From Octopus bimaculoides (Eukaryota), in NCBI RefSeq assembly GCF_001194135.2, contig NC_068983.1:108210927-108274926 (forward strand): a stretch of 64,000 nt of DNA, given 5' to 3'. Both the position numbers and the translations under genes were made by a program. Position 1 is the stretch's first letter, and the number at the start of each line of letters is the position of its first letter. Positions 24,626 to 36,300 of the stretch are shown here, piece by piece. A model generated the notes under the pieces. The model did no database searches and was not told the DNA's origin. It was given only the letters and a program-made list of their open reading frames with translations.

Positions 24626-25696
24626 ATTACATCAATATATTAACTTGAGTAGAAATTACATATTTGTATTTCTAAAAAGCATGTCAAGGATATAGCAGAA
24701 GACTAAGACAAAGACAAATGCGTAATTACAATATTATCACTGTGTTCATAATAGTTATAAAACCATTGAAATCATTCTTGGTTTTCTAAATAATAACACA
24801 TAAATATACTAGACTCTAGTTTCATAGACAAAACTTCTAGAGCTAGTTTCATTGGTTTCCAATGTAGAATGAGTTTTGGAAAATCTTAACTGATCTTCAT
24901 AAGAGAGATTTATATCTAGAAATTAAAAAATAAATAATTAATTTAGCAAATGTATAGATTAAAAAAGTGAGCTGCTGTAATAGCAATGTTACAGTAATAG
25001 GAGTTTCAGTCAGAATTAGAAGCAACATAGATGCAAAAACAATTTAAATTTAACTAGTTAGTGAGTGATATTATGGAAGATTTTGCAGCTACAGTCCCTC
25101 TCCATGGAAAAAATGTTACGCAAAATAGCAAAGGTTAAGTTAAAGAAAAGTGATTATTTAACTCCTTAATAATCCATGTTAGCTGGGTAAGAAAATTATG
25201 GTAGCATGTTTATTTATTTCCATTGAGGAACAATCATCATAAAGTCAACAGAGTGCAAGGAGAGAGTAATAACCTAGTTGTGTTGTCCTTAATGATGTCT
25301 CACATCTATCATTCACTTTGGCTGCAAATTAATAAGACAAAAGAAAAAAGAAACTATGCAATTATCTAAAAAAGTTATATGATAATTAAGGCATACTGAC
25401 TGTTCCATTACCAGAATGTAGGTTTCAAAGTATAACTGAAAATAGCCAGTAACTTTTGTCAGGTTGTTAAAGAACTGCTGAAGACTTTGCTTTCAGTGTT
25501 GTAAAAATGATAAAGCCCACTTAATGAATCCTATCCCTGAATGGCCAGACATAGAAGCTTGAAATACATACAATTGTTTAACATGAAATATCTGAACCAA
25601 TAGTTAAATTGTAGATGCAGACATGAATCTAGTGTAGTAACATTTTCAAATATACATATAAGCAATTAGCTGTGTCCAGATTAATTTGTAATTTTT

Positions 25697-26288
25697 GGAT
25701 CTTTTTTAAAACGGGGGCCACATTTTTCATTAATGTTTTACGTAGTGTTTTTGGTACCGAAAGACTTTCAAACTTTGTATACTTATCTATTTTGTGTTAT
25801 AGAACAGAAAAATATTTTTGTATTCGAATTTATTTCATGTAAAAAATTGTCTTATTTCGATAATTTCCACCAATCACTGACAAGTATTCAGTTGTTTATA
25901 TTTACTCCTTTGGCTGATTAAGCAGTGTAAAGCGTATTTAATTTCCATAGCTTCGTTTTCATTTTCTTTTTTTTTTTCTTTGTTTTATTTGTTTTTTTCT
26001 TTTTAAATTTGCTGTTTTACCCTAACCCTAACCCTATCACCGATAGAATTGTTTCAGAATCGTTTGTTTATGTAGTCGGCACTTAATGTATATCGGCTGA
26101 ATGGACGTCAGTGATTGGTTGAAATTACAGAAATACGACAAATTTAACATGGAATAACTTAGGGATTTCTTTTTTTTTTAAAGAAGACTAAGAGAAAAAG
26201 ATGTTTTATATGACACATTCTACCAGTGTTCCAAGTTTCAAAGTGTTTCGTTAATGAAAAATGTGGCCCCCGTTTTAAAAAAGATCCC
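25697..26288. mobile_element. MITE with perfect 37-bp TIRs and an internal telomere-like (CCCTAA)n tract
   Basis: ggatcttttttaaaacgggggccacatttttcattaa (25697-25733) and its exact reverse complement (26251-26287). AATTTTT flanks both sides; ccctaaccctaacccta at 26020-26036. Confidence 0.9.
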
Positions 26289-27309
26289 AATTTTTCATTT
26301 AAGATCTAAATTTTGAAGTAATTTATTTAACTTTATAAGACAATTCAATCATAAAAACTATGTGTGTGTGTATGATATTAGTTTTAAATCCTAAATGAAA
26401 GTTATATGATTATCATATTCATGTTACTAGCATATCCACACTTAAATATTAACTGAACAAGTTCTGAAAATGAAACTCCAAGTCAGAGATTAGGAAACTT
26501 TGAATACGATATAAACAACACTCAGAGTTTAAGTAAAAACAAAGTCTAATGAAGATAAAGAAAGTATAAATCCATTAAATATGCTAAATGCTGTAATAGT
26601 AAGAACAAATTCCTAACATTAATGTTACATAATATTCTAATTATTCTAAGCTATTCTGTTACTCTTCCACATATTACTGACTTCATTAAACTCATTCCTC
26701 ACCAAACTACTGGCAACTATGTCTGTATGTTTGGAAATTACAACAGCAGTGGCTTGTTTAAATCAAGCAGCAGTTGAAACATATAGATAATTCTATAACT
26801 TAAAGTCAATATGGTTTGTAAGAAAGCAGATCAATGAGTAATATCAAACAAAAACCTTCTTAAGTATGTGAATCCATTAATAGAAAAGGCCAGCTGTTTC
26901 CTAAACCTTCAGAACCAAGTCACTTTATTATCCTGTTTGAAGATAGATGAAAGTTTCCACTGAACTATAAGGATCTAGGCAAAGATTCCTGAGCATAAAG
27001 CATTATACTTCTTGCAATAAGTATGCAAAATATTTTATAAAGGACATCTTACCAAGACTGTGTTTACTGTGCTATAGTTCATATAACATTGTTTTTAAGG
27101 AGTAGAGTTGTTAGCACCATGCTAAACATTAGAGAAAACATGTGCTGAGTTTTCAGACCTCTAATCTAAGATATGCTTGACTTGATTCAACCAGCCTGGA
27201 ACCAAGATCCTGATCATAATTTCTTTAAAGGCCTTAAGACAAGCAAGTCCTTCACTGCAACAAGATAATATTGTAGAACAAACAAGATTAAAAATATTAA
27301 CTCATTCTA

Positions 27310-28120
27310 CTGTATGCACAAGGCCTGAAATTTTGGTGGGAGGGGTTCTAGCTGAATTTCTGAATGGACAAAAGGCTAAAATCAACTTCAGCAGAATTTG
27401 AAGGCAAAACATGAAGAAAGTCAAGGGCTTTGTCTGATATGCTAATGATCTGCCAGCTCACTACTTTACATAATAATAATGGTTTCAAATTCTCAGGGGG
27501 AGGCAGAATCAATTACATCGACCCCAATGCTCAACTAGGATTTATTTTATCAACCCTGAAATGATGAAAGGCAAGGTCAACCTAGATGGAATTTGAACCC
27601 AGAATGTGATACTGGAACAAATGCTGCATAACATTTTGTCTGAAATGCTAACATATCTACCAGTGCACTTCCTTCAATAATAATAATCCTTTGTACTATA
27701 GGCACAAGGTGTGAAATTTACAGGGAGAAGGCTAGTTCATTACATTGACTCCAGTATTTGACTGATACTTATTTTATTGACCTTGAAAGGACAAAGTCAA
27801 CCTCAGCAGAATTTAAACTCAGAACATAAAGATGAACAAAATCCTGCTAAGAATTTTGTCTGGCTTGCTTATGATTCTGTCATATCGTCACCTATAGTGA
27901 TAATAATGATTTCAAATTTTGGCACAAGGCCAGCAAGTTCGCAGGAGGGGCTAAATTGATTACATTGACCTCAGTATTCAACTGGTATTTATTTTATTGC
28001 CCCCAAAAGAATGAAAAGCAAAGTCAACTTTGGCAGAATTGGAACTCAGAACATGAAACAAGATGAAATACCACTAACCGTTTTGCCCAGCATGCTAACA
28101 ACTCTGCCAGCTCATCACCT
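27310..28120 (-). mobile_element. Head-to-tail cluster of four Nin/Inv-core SINEs
   Basis: Copies at about 27310-27465, 27476-27672, 27686-27890 and 27904-28120, separated by short taataa spacers. Confidence 0.8.
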
Positions 28121-29770
28121 TATAACAATATGAAAGATAAACAGCAGTTTATTTTTTCTGATAAGCCCTAATACTTGCAGATGTTACTAGTGGTTGTTTA
28201 TATTTGCAAAAACATCAGTGCAATATAGTTTCTCCTCAAAGTGTAATAAGACGTTGTTTTCTTGTTTTTCTTTTTTTTTTTTTTTAGACTTTTTATTTTC
28301 TAAAACTTTAAGATGCCTATTTCAATTAAAAGAATATAATGAGCTCATAGAGAAATTTTATGGATCAATACCCATTATTTAGCACATTATTTACATTTTT
28401 TTTTTCTAGTTACAACCAAATTTCTTTTGACTACTTTTGATTACTTTTATGTACATCTTTTCATTAAAAAAAAATTTCTTCAACTAATGATCCTTCTAAA
28501 ACTCTCTGAAAATTATTGATTCTGATTTCCTACCAATTCAGTGCTTATAATAAAAAAAAAAGATGCAGTAAACAATTTTGCAATTGCACTTCTCTGTTCA
28601 ATTAAAATTTTAGATAAATCTCACTCGTTTTCACAAATTTTCTCGTAATAAATAAAGACCAAGTCTCTCTCATAAAACAGCAAGTGAAGCACTAAATCGT
28701 ATTATACAAGCCTTGTCTGGTGACATTCAATGCATCAGTCTTTTTGCCCTCGTTACATCCAAATTAAACTAATAGCTCAGACAATAATGTCTGCTGAGCA
28801 TGCACTGTTCAACTTACCCAAGCATTCTTTCTCAGCATGCTGCCCTATTTTATAGGAAAACATGTTTGAATTCACAATGTTATTATTGATTTAAAAACAA
28901 CCCTTTCTGCCTGAATAGTCAATTAACATTATTAAATACTTTCACACAGATAATAGGTAATCTTATATGTTTCAATGAGAAGCAGAAGTTTGGAGTACTA
29001 AGAGATTCTGTTTTCTGTTAGAAGAGCATTTTGTCAAATGCATTTAGTTTTTCAGTGGAATGTATGAAACTGTGATGCAAAAGAAGCCAAGGTTACAAAT
29101 CCCTAAAATACATGAGCGTGTAAACACACACACGTTCCCCACTCTCATTACTTTAATACAGGATATTAACACTCCAAATATTTACTTTTTAATCAGAAAT
29201 TTCCTTATCAGAGGAAGGTAAAACAGTTTATATGGCGATAAATTTTGTTAATCATTTAAAAAAATATTCACATTTCACAACAGGACTAAAATGCTCCCAG
29301 AAATATAGATCATTTAGTGGAATTATTTGTAATTCAATAAAAAAAACTATTCATATAAATGTGTGTGTGTGTATTTATAATTTGTTAAGTCTATGTCCGG
29401 TCATATGTTCATATGTTTAGTTTCTTATGGTTTCCATCTACCAAGTCTACCCACAAGACTTTGGTTATCCCAGGGCTATAGTAGAAGACATTTACCCAAG
29501 ATGTTCTGTAATGGAAATGAAACCAAAACTATGTGGTTGCAGAGTGAACTTCTCATTTACATAACTAAGCATGTGTTTGTCTGCATGTATAATTATTTAC
29601 AAAAGTAGTCAAACACTATCTGAAGAATGGCTTGATACACTTAAGTTGAGTATTACATTTACTTCTACAAGGAAAATAGCTGACAGAGTTTCACCTCAGA
29701 TGCTTTGCTTCACACTGTCTAACGAAGGCAACTGAGAGGAAACTTCAAAGTTGCTGTTTACTTCTACCTT

Positions 29771-30340
29771 CATCATCATCGTTTAACGTCCGCTTTCCAT
29801 GCTAGCATGGGTTGGACGATTTGACTGAGGACTGGTGAAACCGGATGGCAACACCAGGCTCCAGTCCGATTTGGCAGAGTTTCTACAGCTGGATGCCCTT
29901 CCTAACGCCAACCACTCAGAGAGTGTAGTGGGTACTTTTACGTGTCACCNNNNNNNNNNNNNNNNNNNNNNNNNNNNNNNNNNNNNNNNNNNNNNNNNNN
30001 NNNNNNNNNNNNNNNNNNNNNNNNNNNNNNCCCGCACAAGCCAGTCCAGGGGCACTGGCAACGATCTCGCTCGAAAATCCTACAGGAGCCAGTCAGGCGG
30101 TACTGGCAACGGCCACGCTCAAAATGGTGCATCTCATGTGCCACCCGCACAAGAACCAGTCCAGGGGCACTGGCAACGATCTTACTTGGCTTGCCGGGTC
30201 TTCTCACGCACAGCCCATTTCCAAAGGTCTCGGTCCGTAGTCATCGCCTCGGTGAGGCCCAATGTACGAAGGTCTTGCCTCACCACCTCAGCCCAGGTCT
30301 TCCTGGGCCTACCTCTTCCACGGGTTCCCTCAACTGTTAG
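29771..30340 (-). mobile_element. Young 5'-truncated RTE LINE 3' end (ORF C-terminus, tandemly repeated 3' UTR, (GAT)n tail)
   Basis: 30340->30182 reads LTVEGTRGRGRPRKTWAEVVRQDLRTLGLTEAMTTDRDLWKWAVREKTRQAK*, the canonical RTE C-terminus. GC- and CpG-rich; contains the N gap 29950-30030. Confidence 0.9.
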
Positions 30341-31544
30341 GGTCTTGTAAGAATCAATATATTAATATACGCATGTGCACACACATCAATGCTTCATGTC
30401 ATATCTATGAACAAATGACTGTTGCACATATATTACCATATCAGAAACACACATCAACACATTCATATTACATATACACATTTGATGACAAAGTTACAAC
30501 CGATTCAAATGAAAGTTGTTCAATTTAATTACACAATGTGAATTTTTTTAAAAAAGCAGCCTTATTTGATGAAAATTTTATTTTAATTATTTGATCATTT
30601 CAACAAGTATCATTTTAATCTACCATCATCATAAGTGTTATCATCATTCAAAATAGAAAAAGCAAAATAAAACTACAGCAAAATCTTGAAAGTCTTTGAT
30701 AATTTCAAGAGATTTAATTTGATTCATTAGTATGTAACAAAAATTTGATTTTAAATCCTAGAGATATGTGATAGATTTCTAAAAATTATGGAAATATTAA
30801 CAACTGAAACAATACTGAAATGAATAGCAGCTTAGTATCAGAAAGTTAAATTATACATATATATATATATATGATGATATATATATATATATATATATAG
30901 TTATGGTATATTCTGTTAAGAACATAGTAGAGTACAGTATAAATCTCATCCACCTTCACATTTCACCCTGTGCTATCCAGTATTATACATACTTCCAGGC
31001 TTGCATTTGGGCATTTGTCATGTGTGAATATATAATTGAATAAATTTGGAGTCAACAAGGAGTACAGATGGACATTTATTTTTCAGTCACTACAATTGTT
31101 TCTATGCAACATAGTTCTCTGGACATGCAGGTACTCTATTATGCAACCATTTTCCTGCACTATGAGATCTAGTTGCATTTCCTCAGGAGATATGTAAATA
31201 TTGTCACCATAAATATTGTGTAAATATGAAAATGTGTAAATATTATCTCTGTTCAAATTCTTGGCTTTAAGAACATCCTCTCTGTCTGTCATGGCCTGAA
31301 TTTATCAAGGTCTGTTGTTGTTGAAGGACTATTGGCAGACTGCTTTGAATGTGTAGATATAGTGGGATCGTGATTCTGTTACCGTTAAAGTGGTTGCCGT
31401 TTTAAAGGGATTGACATTTAATTTCTTTGTACTGTTGATTTGTTCCTCATGGCTGGTTACACATGCGATTGTTTTTAGCTGACTTTTAAGAATTGGCCTA
31501 TATGTACACATACATCATCATTCACATATACATCCATATACATA

Positions 31545-32024
31545 CTAAGTGATTTTCTTTTGCTTTTTTGGGCGAATTGACATTTCCTCATCATATAAGA
31601 CTTCATGGACAACATTTCTGACTGCTCTTTCTGACATATGGAGATCTTTTGCAATTGACTTCATGGGCTTTCTGGGATTGTAATCAATGGTCTGTTGAAC
31701 TTGCTGAATAAATTCATGTGTTCTGATGATTTCAGAGCATTTAGAATGCTTTTTATGCTTTGATACTGGTAATACTTTTCCAACTTCAGTCTCTAGCTCC
31801 TTACAAACTTTGTAGATGAAAGATCTGGCAACTTTTAAAACTAGATAAATTTCTAAATCACTATGCTCAGCCTTTATAACCACAATAACAGCATACCTCT
31901 TCATTTCTTGAGTAAGCTGAGGGTCTGCCATTATTATTTTCTGAAACAAAGACTATATGGAGTTAGTAAAAAATGCAGCAATGACCCCAAAAAAGTTGTG
32001 TCCTCAAATACCTGATGCACCTTG
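31545..32024 (-). mobile_element. Tc1/mariner-superfamily transposon 5' fragment (N-terminal HTH DNA-binding region), 3'-truncated
   Basis: MADPQLTQEMKRYAVIVVIKAEHSDLEIYLVLKVARSFIYKVCKELE..KHSKCSEIIRTHEFIQQVQQTIDYNPRKPMKSIAKDLHMSERAVRNVVHE. The terminus is TA/CAAGGTGCATCAGG at 32024; no catalytic domain. Confidence 0.8.
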
Positions 32025-33170
32025 TACAAAATGATAAAGTCACCAGTGGAATGCTTTTGACCATAGATCAAAGCTAAATAACAACTATTTTTTTCGTTTT
32101 GTATTTTTTCTAACTACTTGAGAAAGTTATTTCATTTCAGGTATTTAGTTTACCAACATAATTTTTGAAGTGAAAAAAAGAGAAGGAAAAACAACAAAAA
32201 ACAATAGTAAAGTAGTAATAACTTTAAACTTCCTTACTAGATATGACAAGATAACATCTACAGACAATTGTGTGGGCATAAACTGAGGAAGTTAGTTAGT
32301 TTCCAATATATACTGACAGTAATAGCCCATGACATTGTGGTAGAAAACCTCTGGTCTAAACAAATAATTAACAACAGTTTACAACTGGACATTAGTGAAA
32401 TGACCAGAGTAAAAATAAAAGTAATGAAGCACATAGTTAAATAATAGAAAGTCATTTACTGTTTTCTGGATTAACTAATATGCAAGAATTTATTGTTCAG
32501 CTAATAAATGGCAGCTAATACTTCACACTGATTTCATTTTCTTAATAAATTAATTTTAAAAAGTATTTTACAAAAAATTCAACAAAATATGAATGAAAAT
32601 TTTCCCTAATCATTTCTCAAAGTTTAACAGCAATTTTTTTTTCCAGAGAAAATTTGAAATAAATTATTAACTTAAACATAATTTCCTATAATTCATCCAA
32701 ATGAAGTGGTACTTTTAGATTTATATATTTTTTTGAAAAATGAACTTCTTTAAGATTTGTTAATCAACAAATTAGCAGTAAATTATATATACATTTGTTT
32801 AAGTAAGGAAAATAAAAGATAAAATATAATGTTTTTTCTACGTCCATTTAATAAATTAAATTACAATTTTCAAGGCGAAATTTATTTCATATGAAACATA
32901 CAAATTAGTATAATTAGAATAAATATAGCAATTTTTGTGAAGAAAAGATAAAAATATTGCTTAAAATAGAACTACATAGAAGTTATTCTTTGGTAATTTG
33001 GAAAAGTATACAAAATGAAAATAAATTCATCATCATCATCAATTAAATAAAAGTGAGGATAAGTAAAATGGAAAGACAATGAATGAAAATATATGCTTAG
33101 GGTGGACATCCAATGGTTGATGAAGAAAGCATTAATCCTAACTTCTATACTATTACTTCCAGCACATTAA

Positions 33171-33390
33171 TCCTTTAACATTCAAACCAGTCATATCCAG
33201 CCCTAATATTCTATTTGTTTTATGTTCAAATCAGTTAGATCTGGCTTCTCACACCTAGCCTACAATGCAATTCTAGAAATAAAATAATCCCACTATCGAA
33301 ATCTCAAAGGTGTGAGATAATGTATGACTAATTCAAAATAATGTGAAAAATAAGCATTAAATTTGACAGAGTAATCTGAATGCTAGTGGG
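33171..33390. mobile_element. piggyBac-type MITE with TTAA target duplication
   Basis: ttaa/tcctttaacattcaaac ... atctgaatgctagtggg/ttaa; degenerate CCCTTT..AAAGGG-like TIRs, 220 bp. Confidence 0.65.
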
Positions 33391-36300
33391 TTAATGATAC
33401 AACTCAGCTAATTTTGTATTACTCTCTGTATCATATCATAAAGAAATCCAATTTTTTTTTATTGAACACAATACTTAAAACCAGTTTTCAAGACAGTCAC
33501 TTAAAGATAATCTATAACTAAGTGAACTTACCCACAATTCTAGCTAGTCTTTAAAGTGAAAAAGAAAAAAAAATTAAAATTACAAACATTCCATGAACTA
33601 GCAGGTGCTGGAGGATTCTGAAAATGAAGATATTTTAATGATATCTTGGTGAAGCTATTTTATGCCTGGAAGCCCTTCCTAATGTTGATAACTCAGCCAT
33701 AAAATGGGAGTGGTATCTAATTTCAGCAAGCTCAACTGAGGCATAATTACACAACTTTGTCTCTGGTGAAGGGTTGAACTTGTGACCTTTAAGTACCCCT
33801 AGAAAACATCCCAAATAACATTAAGGGATGTGATAAAATAGAGTATGCCAAAAATATAAAGTTTAGATACAGTTAGAAGTAGTATTCAAATGATTCTATA
33901 GATGATTAATAATGCAACACTCCCCCTTAAAGAAGATAATCAATGAGTGCATTTTTATAAGATTTGAAATTTAATTCATCCTTTATTCTCTCTACAGCTG
34001 CAACTTAAAGGATAATGTATGAATTCTGATGTTTGGACTTTGTTAACTTTTAATTAGAATCTTGTTAACAAAGATTAGAAGTTATTCAAAAGAAGCACAA
34101 GTTGCTAATTCAATGACCACTCCATAAAGCTAGTACATTTAAGAACATAATTTAAATTTTTCCAAATGAGCAAATATTTGAAATTGTTAATGGCAGCTGT
34201 TGCACTATTGTTGATTTAGTTTTTGATGGTTTATTCCAATGCATATTTACAAAGAATGTTAGAACAACTTCTTTCAAGCTGTCCCTAATTCTTTCTGTTG
34301 ATTCACAGTACAATCATTCGAATACACAATGAACAAAATCCATTGCAACATCCTTATTATTGTAATCCATGTTACAATGATCAATAGAAATATATAGAGA
34401 ATTGACAAATAGGGTTAATACTTTAATAAAAATTTTTAAAAACAGTGAAACTTTAAATAAACAAATCTAAAATTTTCTCAGAAACAATTGCAAAGCCAAC
34501 ACCTAAACGTTTAATGATATTAAAAGCAGTATATTGAAATAAAAGAATAAACAACAGTTTTTCTAGTAGAACCAATCTTACATCAACAGTTACAATTTAT
34601 TATTCAATTCTCAAAACATTCCCAATTAAAAGAAATTCATGGTTTCATTATTTGTGCATTTCAGAAAATTTATTCTAGGTAAATATGAAATCTATTTCTT
34701 AGCATTGTAAATCCTTTTATATTAATATAAGAGGATAATTTTTAAAATGTGTTCATGTCACTTAATAAAGAAAGGAATTTCATCTAATGTAGATATATTT
34801 AGATCAATGTATAATAACTATTTCTAACATAGAATTATGACCTGAAATTCAGGGTGTTTTTTTTTTTTACCGATGCGCTAATACGTCTGCCAAACAACTA
34901 AAATCATTCACATTAGCACAGAACTAAAAATTGCATTGATTCTAGTGACAGCTCTAAGATGTGACGGAAGAATGTAAAGGGACAATGCCCTGCTATTTCT
35001 ACAATATTGGTCCTCATGAAATAAAACTGATTTCTTAAATTGATACAAGGCCACATATTTACAAGAGGGTATATATTGTCAAATGAAAATTCTCCCAGTA
35101 CATTATTGGTTTATAATGCAGTCAACTAATATTATATAGATTTTTCATTGACAGGACTATAAGAATAAGAAGACAAAGTGATACTGAGATGTTATGGACA
35201 TGTAGTTTTTAAAAAATTCTTGAAAGAAAGCAACAAAGAGTAGAGCAAAGCAAACAACTCCAAAAAATACTTAATGCTGGAGTAATCAATGTTTTCTTTA
35301 TATATATTTATACAGACATACACATATATGCACAAAAAGGTGTGTTAATATTACTAGTTTGGTAGAATTATAAATCAATATATTCATGTAAAAGCTATTG
35401 TAGCTACATTTTTCTTAACCATAAAGGAAGAAAAAAAAAGCAGGCTGAAGAACAAAGATGAAATACAACACACACAGTGTGTGCAGCAATCAGAAATACA
35501 AGACCATAAAGATAATTTCCTCTTCGACTGACAATATGAGCACAACATTAATCTCTGTCAATTGATTAAACACCTCCCCAGCAAGTTTGTAGACTTGTGT
35601 TAATGTAACAAGTCAATGATGTTGAAGAAGCTACAGAGCCTTTAATTGAATATATTATGGAGTTCCAGTTTCATCTTCCACATTCTGTGTTCAATTCTCA
35701 CTAGAATCAATTTTGCTTTTTATCATTCTGGCTGCTATAAACAAAATACTAGCTAGTTACTTTGGGCAAAAGAGATATACATAAACAGTGAGTAAACAAA
35801 CCAGTGTCTTACTCATTATATGACAGGTAAGTTTGGAAAAATACTTTCGCTACCGTAGGTAATATCAAGTGATATGCCACACATAGAATCATTAATCTTA
35901 TATCAAGGGCTTTGTGCTAATCTCCATAAGAAAAATATTTACTTTAAACTAACATTAAATAAAATAAATGTTTGAATTTCTCTAGAAGTGAAGTAAATTT
36001 GGTAAACAGAAATGGTACAAAGTGTAATTTACACACACAAACACACACACAGATGTATGCTTACAAATAGATATCTATACGTTTTTGTATCTATCTATTT
36101 TATACAGATAGATATTAAATATAAGAATAGATATCTATATGTATGCATGTATGCATGCAAAAGTACATCCATGTCTGATTGCCATGAACCTTATACGTGC
36201 AATGGCATGAGCAACAGTTGGTGATCTCTGTTGACATATTGTTGTTAAGAATACCTTTGCACTTTAGAAAATATGTAAAATGAAAAATTCCCTTGTGAGA

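Noticed and set aside
27310-28120. Regularly spaced repeats resembling a CRISPR-like array
   Set aside because: Units are about 200-bp diverged SINE copies without unique spacers; eukaryotic context and no cas genes.
34150-34380. Minus-strand frame of about 70 codons interrupted by one TGA
   Set aside because: No convincing splice sites, no homology and no compositional signal; single-stop frames of this length occur by chance.
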